In this document: positions 32,431-39,883 of the stretch, piece by piece
Numbering within the stretch: the stretch's first letter is position 1
Layout of the letters: each line of letters begins with the position of its first letter
Assembly (NCBI GenBank): GCA_965208645.1
Contig: OZ242350.1
Span: 2,535,475 to 2,599,474, forward strand
Length of the DNA stretch: 64,000 bases
Reading direction: 5' to 3'
Source: Dehalococcoidia bacterium
GTDB taxonomy: Bacteria > Chloroflexota > Dehalococcoidia > Lucifugimonadales > Lucifugimonadaceae
Notes under the pieces: model-generated
The model's input: the letters and a program-made list of their open reading frames with translations, nothing else
What the model was told of the DNA's origin: nothing
The model's database searches: none
Made by a program: the position numbers and the translations under genes

Positions 32431-32682
32431 ATGCTCCAACTCACAGTAACAGAAGCCAAATCCAGATTTTCCGAACTCCTTAGCACCGTCGAGCGAGGCG
32501 AAACCGTCGTCATCACGCGACACGGCAAAAATATAGCCCACATCGTACCCGCACCAGACCAAGAACGCGCCGAACGAAAAGCCGCCGTCGAACGATTCAT
32601 CGAGAAACGCAAATCTTGGGGGGCCACGGGAATGACGAGAGAAGAAATCCTCGCAGCCCGTCACGAAGGACACCGTTATTGA
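32431..32682 (+). CDS. type II antitoxin, Phd/YefM family
   Basis: MLQLTVTEAKSRFSELLSTVERGETVVITRHGKNIAHIVP is the canonical Phd/YefM N-terminal domain. Confidence 0.8.
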   Translation: MLQLTVTEAKSRFSELLSTVERGETVVITRHGKNIAHIVPAPDQERAERKAAVERFIEKRKSWGATGMTREEILAARHEGHRY

Positions 32683-32782
32683 CCGAACGGTGATCGACGC
32701 AAAACTCAACTGCAACACCAAACAACCAACAACCATCCTTAAAATCCTTAAACATCCTTAGCATCCTAGTTCTCACCCCGTC

Positions 32783-34039
32783 ATGCACCCCCATCAAATC
32801 CTGAACGCCATCGCCGATCTCCCGCGCATCCCCCTCGCGCGCAAAAATACGCCCTTCGAGGAGATGCCCCGCCTCCGCGCCGCCATCGCCGAATCCATGG
32901 ACGCCGAAATATCTGCCGTCCCTCCCCTCTTCATCAAGCGCGACGACACCACCGGCTTTGCCTTTGGAGGCAACAAAGCCCGACATATGGAGTTCCTCTT
33001 CGCACACCTCATCGAGCGCGGTATCGACACCATCGTTAACATCAACCACTTCGACTCCAACAACGCCCGATTAGCCGCGGCGGCTAGTGCAAAAACCGGC
33101 ATGAAATACCACTGGGTAGCCTTCGACGAGCTAGACGCACCCATCCAAGGCAACATGCTCATAGCCCACCTCACTGGCGCCAACATCCACCGCATTTCCA
33201 AAGACGAAACCCGACCTTACGCCGAAAACCTCCTAGCCCAAGAAACCAACCTCGGGCGCAACCCCACAATCCTTCTAGACAACCCTTTCTCCAACATAGC
33301 CGGCATGATCGCCTTCCTAGAAACCGCTCACGAAATAGACAACCAAATCAAACGTCATTCCGAAGCACCCTCCCGTCATTCCCGCGAAAGCGGGAACCTA
33401 GAGGCAGGGCCGGGTACGGGAGACAACCGTCCCCTTTCGGAACGAAAGGGGACGCGAGCGAGCGCAGCGAGATCGCAGGGGTATGCGGAGGTGGACGCGG
33501 GGCATACCGCGCAACCCCTCTCCACCAACTCCCCCATTCATTTCTGGGGACTATGCGGACGCTCCATCGCCGGCATAATCCTCTACGCCCGCAACACCGG
33601 AAAATCTTGGACCGCAACCGCCGTAGCACAACCCCACTACACCCCCGAAAACTACGAAGAACTATACCTAGACCGCTCAACCCGAGTAGCCGAGCTCCTA
33701 AACTTAGACACCCCCCTTAAACCCGACGACATCACCACCCTAACCGGCTACACCAAAACCTACGGCGTTCCTACGGATCTAGGCATCGAAGCGATGCACC
33801 TAGTAGCCACAACCGAATCCATCATCCTGGATCCGACCTACACGGCTAAATCGATGTCCGCCCTAATCGCCGAAATCCAACTCGGCAACCTCGACTCAGA
33901 CGTACCGGTAGTCTTCATCCACTCCGGCGGCCAACCTCAAACCTTCGCTTTCCCTAACCAAATCTGGAACCACAACCTCAAAGTTCTCATTCATGGTGGA
34001 AATGTTCTAAGGCCAAAGGGTCACACCGCGATATCCTGA
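32783..34039 (+). CDS. PLP-dependent ACC deaminase / D-cysteine desulfhydrase family protein carrying an in-frame repeat-element insertion
   Basis: FIKRDDTTGFAFGGNKARHMEF carries the PLP Lys, with LDPTYTAKSM and FIHSGG also present. Residues encoded by about 33354-33520 are translated repeats, and the last ~15 codons also lie in a repeat. Confidence 0.7.
   Translation: MHPHQILNAIADLPRIPLARKNTPFEEMPRLRAAIAESMDAEISAVPPLFIKRDDTTGFAFGGNKARHMEFLFAHLIERGIDTIVNINHFDSNNARLAAAASAKTGMKYHWVAFDELDAPIQGNMLIAHLTGANIHRISKDETRPYAENLLAQETNLGRNPTILLDNPFSNIAGMIAFLETAHEIDNQIKRHSEAPSRHSRESGNLEAGPGTGDNRPLSERKGTRASAARSQGYAEVDAGHTAQPLSTNSPIHFWGLCGRSIAGIILYARNTGKSWTATAVAQPHYTPENYEELYLDRSTRVAELLNLDTPLKPDDITTLTGYTKTYGVPTDLGIEAMHLVATTESIILDPTYTAKSMSALIAEIQLGNLDSDVPVVFIHSGGQPQTFAFPNQIWNHNLKVLIHGGNVLRPKGHTAIS
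33354..33520. repeat. repeat-element cluster (family A half-site, family A unit, family C hairpin element) inside a CDS
   Basis: GTCATTCCGAAG..., GTCATTCCCGCGAAAGCGGGAACCTAGAGG (33375-33404), and TCCCCTTTCGGAACGAAAGGGGACGCGAGCGAGCGCAGCGAGATCGCAGGGGTATGC (33430-33486). The last is related to 35492-35542 and 36490-36540. Confidence 0.85.
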
Positions 34040-34112
34040 AAACCACTACCCCGCCAATGGTGATACAAAGTAACGTGCAGATCAACTATCTCAAACCGCG
34101 AACGAGGTTCAC

Positions 34113-34559
34113 ATGCAATACATCAGATTCATAGCCGCATTCTTGGTCTACACGATCATCGACGTAGGCTGGAACCTCTCGCCCATCGCTATGGGTATGT
34201 ACGAAAACCTCCACGAATCGAACGGTAGCAAGGAGATACTTGACACATTCGGAAAACAGATGGATACGTGGGGCGGCGGCGAGATACTAGCCTTGCTAGC
34301 ATTCCTCATGCTAATCGCCTTCGGAAACAGCTACCTCGCCATCGAACCAGCCATCAAGCAAAAAAGCCTCAGCGTCGCTGTGCGGAACAGCTTCGTTCTA
34401 GGCTGTGCCGCTTATGCAACCTACATCGTGCCGATCTTCGTAACGTTTTCAAAGTGGCCCGGCATTCTCGTGCCAATCGACATCCTCATCGGAGGGCTCC
34501 TCAGCCTCATCACCTCCACAGTCATCACCTACGTGGCACTCCGAAGAAGTAGCTCATAG
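34113..34559 (+). CDS. integral membrane protein (DUF2177-like, 4 predicted TM segments)
   Basis: MQYIRFIAAFLVYTIIDVGWNLSP... has a hydrophobic periodicity. The family assignment is from memory only. Confidence 0.55.
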   Translation: MQYIRFIAAFLVYTIIDVGWNLSPIAMGMYENLHESNGSKEILDTFGKQMDTWGGGEILALLAFLMLIAFGNSYLAIEPAIKQKSLSVAVRNSFVLGCAAYATYIVPIFVTFSKWPGILVPIDILIGGLLSLITSTVITYVALRRSSS

Positions 34560-34747
34560 AGTCCAGCTCAACTCCACAACCTGATTTGATCCGCCCAGTG
34601 TTAGCCGACGCGGTTCGGAAACGTCGACATGGACGCCTTTTTGTCGACCCCCTTAATACGCAGTGAGATGGCCCGGCCAGTCATTAAGTTCCGGCATTGA
34701 GTTGCGTCTTCCAATTGCGTTTGCCTATGAAGACATTTGCCGCCCCC

Positions 34748-35006
34748 GTCATACCCGCGCACTACCACGTCATTCCCGCACACTACCACGTCATTCCCGC
34801 GCACGCGGGAACCCAGAGGGCCAGTGTCCCCTCTCCCTCGATGGGAGAGGCTAGGGAGAAGGTGAACAGGGCGGACAAGGGGCCGGGTTTCCCTCGATCG
34901 CAGGGAAATGTCCGGGGTCTGCCCCGTACCACGATACGGGGGACAAGGGGGGCGGACATCGAAATCGTGGGGACAAAACCTGCCCGGAGAGACGCGGAGA
35001 ACACCC
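34748..35006. repeat. dense repeat-element cluster (3 tandem family A half-sites/units, GGGAGAGGCTAGGG element, family D-like units)
   Basis: GTCATACCCGCGCACTACCAC + GTCATTCCCGCACACTACCAC + GTCATTCCCGCGCACGCGGGAACCCAGAGG, then CCCTCTCCCTCGATGGGAGAGGCTAGGGAGAAGGTGAACAGGGCGGACAAGGGG. Confidence 0.85.
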
Positions 35007-35036
35007 TGTAGAATCGACACAGGAAGGTTCTGACAA

Positions 35037-35396
35037 ATGGCAGTCACCACAATGTCCCCCAGAGAGCACCGCCAGATCGCGCTCGATTTCCTCGCGGCTT
35101 CCGACGAGGAGTTCGAACGTGGCGACGTCTTGCAGGGCGCCGAGAAGTTATGGGGCGCGGCGGCCCACTCCATCATGTCCATCGCGAAAGAACGCGATTG
35201 GCCCCACCAAAGCCACCGCGCTTTGAAGAACGCCGCCGCACGCATCGCCGATGAACGACACGATGCCTTGATAGCATCCAACTTCGCAGTCGCCGAAAAA
35301 TTCCACGTCTACTTCTACCACGGCATCATGGAAGATTGGGAACGCGACGCCGACAGGCCGAAAGTGCACGACCTCGTTCAGAGGGTGTTGAAGTAG
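35037..35396 (+). CDS. PaREP1-like (HEPN-superfamily-like) small helical protein
   Basis: GDVLQGAEKLWGAAAHSIMSIAKERDWPHQSHRALK...KFHVYFYHGIME is a paralog of 5558..5947. Confidence 0.6.
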   Translation: MAVTTMSPREHRQIALDFLAASDEEFERGDVLQGAEKLWGAAAHSIMSIAKERDWPHQSHRALKNAAARIADERHDALIASNFAVAEKFHVYFYHGIMEDWERDADRPKVHDLVQRVLK

Positions 35397-35399
35397 CAC

Positions 35400-35800
35400 C
35401 ACCACCCGCCAACCCCCGCCTTCACGAGACCATCCACTTTCACCCCCTCCTCTAGGAGGTCGCCGGAGAGGATCGCCGCAAGGCGGAACCATCCCCTTCG
35501 CTACGCGAAGAGGACGCGGAGCAAAGCGAACGCAGGGGATGCCCACCCCGAACAGCCACTCCACCGCCATTCCTGCCAACAGTTACGTCATACACGCATC
35601 TCAACCGTCATACCCGCGCAGACGGGGTATCCAGAAGCGCGCGGAAGGCGGCGGTCTCCTTCACCCTCGATGGGAGAGGCTAGGGTGATGGTGAACAGGG
35701 GGGACAAGGGGGCGGGTTTCCCCCGCTGTGCGGTGGAAATGTCCGAAGGGCAAAGTGGGTACACCGCGATATCCTAAAAACCACTAGCCCGCCAACAAAT
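35400..35800. repeat. dense repeat-element cluster (families C, A, GGGAGAGGCTAGGG element, D)
   Basis: Family C at 35492-35542. GTCATACCCGCGCAGACGGGGTATCCAG at about 35607-35634. CACCCTCGATGGGAGAGGCTAGGGTGATGGTGAACAGGGGGGACAAGGGGG. GGTGGAAATGTCCGAAGGGCAAAGTGGGT... Confidence 0.85.
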
Positions 35801-35802
35801 CC

Positions 35803-36480
35803 ATGCCCCGCAACTACAAAATGCACGTCTGGGAGGTCCAGCAAGCCGCCCAAGCAATCCTCGAGTTCACCGACGGAAAGACTCTCCACGACTACGCCAC
35901 CGATCGAATCCTCAGATCCGCTGTCGAACGCCAAATCAACAAAATCGGCGGCGCGTTAGCGCGACTCATCGTCAACGACGACCCTAACGTCCGACGCATC
36001 GGCGGTTACGGCGGTACCCTTGGTTGGGGCAAAATGCTTGAACCCTTTGACCCTGTCGAAGAACGCGAGGTCTGGGACTTCATTCAAGACAATCTGCCCG
36101 AATTGCTTAAGGAAACAACTGCAGTTCTCGAAACAGAATCCGTTGATCAGCCAGCCAGCGCAAAACCCCAACGAAGAAAAATCGTCCCTTTAGTAGCTAG
36201 TCGCAAACAACAGATAGGAAACCTCTGCCGACGCCACCACGTCAAGCGCCTCGACGTCTTCGGTTCAGCCGTCAACGGCGACTTCCGCCCCGACGAAAGC
36301 GACATTGACTTCCTAGTCCAATTCGACGACTCTCCCGAAGGCCAGCAATTCGAAACCCGCTTCCAACTCACCAAAGAACTCAAAGCCCTATTCGGACGAT
36401 CAGTCGATGACTCTGCCATCCAAAACCCCTACTTACGAGACGAGGTCGATCAGACTAAAGAACAAATCTACAAGAGCTAA
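35803..36480 (+). CDS. fusion protein: N-terminal DUF86/HepT-like HEPN domain (Rx4-6H motif not detectable) + C-terminal MNT-type nucleotidyltransferase domain
   Basis: The N-terminal part ILRSAVERQINKIGGALARL...EVWDFIQDNLPELL follows the DUF86 pattern but has no R-x4-6-H. The C-terminal part RLDVFGSAVNGDFRPDESDIDFLVQF carries the GS...D.D NTase motif. Confidence 0.65.
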   Translation: MPRNYKMHVWEVQQAAQAILEFTDGKTLHDYATDRILRSAVERQINKIGGALARLIVNDDPNVRRIGGYGGTLGWGKMLEPFDPVEEREVWDFIQDNLPELLKETTAVLETESVDQPASAKPQRRKIVPLVASRKQQIGNLCRRHHVKRLDVFGSAVNGDFRPDESDIDFLVQFDDSPEGQQFETRFQLTKELKALFGRSVDDSAIQNPYLRDEVDQTKEQIYKS

Positions 36481-36489
36481 CAGTCTCCC

Positions 36490-36540
36490 TCCCCTTCGCA
36501 AAGCGAAGGGGACGCGGAGCGAAGCGAACGCAGGGGATGC
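36490..36540. repeat. family C repeat element (hairpin TCCCCTTCGCAAAGCGAAGGGGA + GCGGAGCGAAGCGAACGCAGGGGATGC)
   Basis: Near-identical to 35492-35542. It explains the spurious N-terminal extension of track ORF 36537..37997. Confidence 0.85.
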
Positions 36541-36656
36541 TCGAAGATAGGCGGCTGGGTTACACCAGATTGAGGGTTTTAGTTCGATTTGCTATCCTTT
36601 ATAATTGCGGTCGCTCCGCCGTCCATTTAACGACCACGCCAAAGAAACGACTTAAC

Positions 36657-37997
36657 ATGCAAATCCGCGAAATCCGAGTTCAAGGTCTGTTCGGCCGTTT
36701 CACTCACGAAATTGCGTTCGAGCCAGATGATCGAATCAAGATCATTTACGGACCAAACGGCGTGGGAAAGACCGTGACCTTGCGAATCATCAACGATCTT
36801 TTCAACCGCTCACTCTTGAGTTTGTTGCGGATCCCCTTCCAACGAATCGAGGTTACATTCGACAACAATAATCACCTTGAAGTAGTCAGAACAAACAACG
36901 AAGCTGCTGAAGCCCATCAGTCATATGCTCCTTCGACCGTTTTGAATTTCATTTTCAATGACAACGAACCATATATGCTTCAGTTAAGCGATTTGAATGA
37001 ATTTCTGAATCCGCGCTTGATCGATGCCGCGATACCAAACATTCACCGTATCGGCCCAAACGACTGGATGGACTTCGAAACCGATGAAAGATATGATATC
37101 GAAGATCTTTGGGAACTCTACGCCGATGTTCTCCTTGAACAAGCGTCGGCACAGCAACAGGAATTACCAGCCTGGCTCGACGATCTCCGTGAATCAGTCC
37201 CAGTACAATTTATCGATACCGAACGATTGTTCACAACTCCAGCCAGCGTCAGACCGGGGACAGTCGCAAGGCGCCGACACGTCCCAGCTTTCAACCGCAC
37301 GGTCACTAAGCATTCAACAGACCTAGCCAATCGTATCCGCCAAGTTTTGACCAAATATGGCAATGAATCCCAATCACTCGATAGTTCATTTCTTGAAAGA
37401 TTAATACAGCGACCAGCGGATTCACAAGTATCACTGGGAGAACTCCAAGCACTTTGGGGGAAAAACGAATCGAAAAGATTGTTAATTGAAGCAACCGGGA
37501 TGTTGCTACCTGAACAAGGACAACTAGAATCGGAGTCGCTAGGTTCGATCGACGAATCCAATAGGGCTGTTTTGGAACTTTATGCGCTTGATGTTGCCGA
37601 CAAACTGACGGTTTTCGACGAGTTATACCCACGAGTCAACATGATGATCGAAATCTTGCAGTCGTTGTTCGAGTACAAACAGATCAAGGTAAGTTCCAAC
37701 GGATTTGACATTACATCCGACGGTAGCAATCTTGACTTACGTCATCTATCATCAGGCGAACAACATGAACTTGTCTTGATATACGATCTGCTATTCAATG
37801 TCAGACATAACTCATTGATTTTGATTGACGAACCAGAGTTGTCTTTGCACGTTGCTTGGCAGGAGCAAATGTTAAAATCCTTCCAACGAATTGGCGACCT
37901 TTCCAAATGTCACTTCCTTCTAGCCACTCACTCGCCTCAAATCATAGATGATCGATGGGAACTCACGGTCGAACTCAAAGGGTCGGCCGATTCATGA
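36657..37997 (+). CDS. AriA-like ABC/AAA_15-type ATPase (PARIS-like system, component A)
   Basis: MQIREIRVQGLFGRFTHEIAF...IIYGPNGVGKT (Walker A), LILIDEPELSLHVAWQ (Walker B) and LLATHSPQII. An ATGA overlap links it to the next gene. The start is trimmed to the ATG at 36657. Confidence 0.75.
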   Translation: MQIREIRVQGLFGRFTHEIAFEPDDRIKIIYGPNGVGKTVTLRIINDLFNRSLLSLLRIPFQRIEVTFDNNNHLEVVRTNNEAAEAHQSYAPSTVLNFIFNDNEPYMLQLSDLNEFLNPRLIDAAIPNIHRIGPNDWMDFETDERYDIEDLWELYADVLLEQASAQQQELPAWLDDLRESVPVQFIDTERLFTTPASVRPGTVARRRHVPAFNRTVTKHSTDLANRIRQVLTKYGNESQSLDSSFLERLIQRPADSQVSLGELQALWGKNESKRLLIEATGMLLPEQGQLESESLGSIDESNRAVLELYALDVADKLTVFDELYPRVNMMIEILQSLFEYKQIKVSSNGFDITSDGSNLDLRHLSSGEQHELVLIYDLLFNVRHNSLILIDEPELSLHVAWQEQMLKSFQRIGDLSKCHFLLATHSPQIIDDRWELTVELKGSADS

Positions 37998-38800
37998 CTC
38001 GAGAAAACCCTCACGCGATAGCAAACTATATCCGCATGATGCGATCCCGATTTGAGGGAGTGTTTCTGGTCGTTGAAGGATATCACGATTCTCAGTTGCT
38101 TCGTCAATTCGTACATGAAAACAATTGCAAACTCAAAATCGCCCATGGTAAGGCTGAAGTTTTACAGGTTCTAGGTATTTTGAACGATTATCAAACCACT
38201 GGGGTTTTAGGCATAATAGATGCCGATTTCGATAGGATTGAATGCCAGTGCCGCGCTGTTGAAAATGTCGTTTCACCTGAATGCCATGATATGGACGCTA
38301 TGTTAGTCCAGTCCGGTGCATTGAGATCAATCTTGATAAATTACGGAAGTCCGGATAAGTTAGGAGCTTTAGCCCATGATCCGTTAAGCGAGCTCTATGA
38401 AGGTGCTCGCAAAATCGCCGCTCTCAGACTTTATTCAGAACGAAATGGGCTGAGATTGAAATTCAACGGAATCCGATACAGTCGTTTTGTAGATTCCGTG
38501 ACGCTTCAAGTTAACATTCCGCAATTGGTTCAGGTAGTTGCTAACAATTCACAAAACACACAGATCGACATTCCAAATATCGTATCCGAAATCAACATGA
38601 TTCAACAGCAAGGGTACTCAGACGTTGAGACTTGCGCAGGAAGGGATTTAATCTCGCTATTGTCAATTGGGCTAAGACGCAGATTTGGTAGTGTCAAGAA
38701 CCACAATATAGTTGCGCCTGACGAAATCCGCAAATATCTTCGCATGGGATTTCATAGAAGCGAATTCGAAGTTTCCCAACTTTATTCCTCGATTATGTAA
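37994..38800 (+). CDS. AriB-like DUF4435/Toprim-like protein (PARIS-like system, component B)
   Basis: FLVVEGYHDSQLL (xVEGxxD) and LGIIDADFDRIE (DxD) motifs. The start codon overlaps the upstream stop (ATGA at 37994-37997). Confidence 0.7.
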   Translation: MTRENPHAIANYIRMMRSRFEGVFLVVEGYHDSQLLRQFVHENNCKLKIAHGKAEVLQVLGILNDYQTTGVLGIIDADFDRIECQCRAVENVVSPECHDMDAMLVQSGALRSILINYGSPDKLGALAHDPLSELYEGARKIAALRLYSERNGLRLKFNGIRYSRFVDSVTLQVNIPQLVQVVANNSQNTQIDIPNIVSEINMIQQQGYSDVETCAGRDLISLLSIGLRRRFGSVKNHNIVAPDEIRKYLRMGFHRSEFEVSQLYSSIM

Positions 38801-38978
38801 TGGGTGGATGAATCCAATCATCCTTCAATCTTCAAATAAATTGACCATATCGCATGGCAATCTCTCGATGAGTTCCTATCATACTTAAATTCCGTTCTCC
38901 GGCCCCCAAAGTTCAACATCTCATCTGTCCACACAACGCTGCCACATCACAGTCCATCATCAAATCCCTCCACCCCCT

Positions 38979-39209
38979 TCAAACAGCCCTAACCAACCGC
39001 GCCCTCAAATACTCCATCGGACGATCCCCCTTCAACGAGTTGCAGTGCCCACAAAGCAGCTGCAAGTTATCCAGATGGTTAGTCCCGCCCTTCGACCTCG
39101 CGATGATATGGTCCACCTTCAGATGCTGAGGCAAGAAGTGGGTCCCCACCACCACCCATTGCAGTTCCCTCCCTGCGTCACATTTAGGAGCACCCTCGAC
39201 TCGCTCCAT
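38979..39209 (-). CDS. small HNH endonuclease
   Basis: HLKVDHIIARSKGGTNHLDNLQLLCGHCNSLKG is the HNH core. The N-terminal CxxC pair looks degenerate. Confidence 0.7.
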   Translation of the reverse strand: MERVEGAPKCDAGRELQWVVVGTHFLPQHLKVDHIIARSKGGTNHLDNLQLLCGHCNSLKGDRPMEYLRARLVRAV

Positions 39210-39289
39210 GTCGACCTTCTTGGTGATTGATTACGCTGTTTTCAAACGTAACCCATACTGCGCGCCCAATACGACGATCAGGCGGACGT

Positions 39290-39883
39290 TCAACGTAAAT
39301 CGCATCTGCGATTCAACTCTCGGATCAGATCCTCGGCGAAAGAAATAGCCTCGTCAATCTTCGCCTTTGTCCACATATCCGTCCTGCCGTCCGACACGTC
39401 GTAGGCGATGGAATCATAATCGTCGATGATATTGTCCAGCTTCCAGCCATAGTCGTCCCAGTCGATGTCGCCGCGGAGCACGCACTGCTGCATGGGTTCA
39501 ACCTGGTTGGTGAACCAATTGTTGGTATCTTGGATGCGCCGGGTGAACGCCGCATACTCTGCCTCTGTGGGTGTTGCGTTGGCTTTTGCCGTCGCCGCCG
39601 CTCTCTCTGTTGCGCGAGCCTCTGCTCGGGCTGTGGCCAACGGGGCCGCATTAACCGTCGCTTCTGCTCCTTTTGCGGAAGCGGTCGCAGTAACCACGTC
39701 GGCAGTTGCTTTGACGATCTCCCGTTCACGCGTCGCTGTCGCATTGCGCTGTTCAGATGCGACGGTCAATTCAGCGTGTCGGATTTCCGCCGTGGCCGTA
39801 ACATCATAATTTGGTGCTCCTGAACTGCAACTTGCAAGGATTGCGGCAGCGAGCCCACTCGCTATCATCACGTACCAGAACAT
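39290..39883 (-). CDS. hypothetical lipoprotein with Ala/Thr-rich low-complexity region
   Basis: MFWYVMIASGLAAAILASCSS contains a lipobox (LASC). The start is trimmed from 39925 to 39883. Confidence 0.55.
   Translation of the reverse strand: MFWYVMIASGLAAAILASCSSGAPNYDVTATAEIRHAELTVASEQRNATATREREIVKATADVVTATASAKGAEATVNAAPLATARAEARATERAAATAKANATPTEAEYAAFTRRIQDTNNWFTNQVEPMQQCVLRGDIDWDDYGWKLDNIIDDYDSIAYDVSDGRTDMWTKAKIDEAISFAEDLIRELNRRCDLR

Noticed and set aside
34601-35281. 226-aa ORF, plus 35148-35579, 35680-35934, 30327-30521, 33348-33680 and other ORFs spanning repeat clusters
   Set aside because: They are translations of the palindromic repeat families, with recurrent peptides such as IPAHAGTQ, SRVRGNDV and PCPPCSPSP. 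They are not genes.
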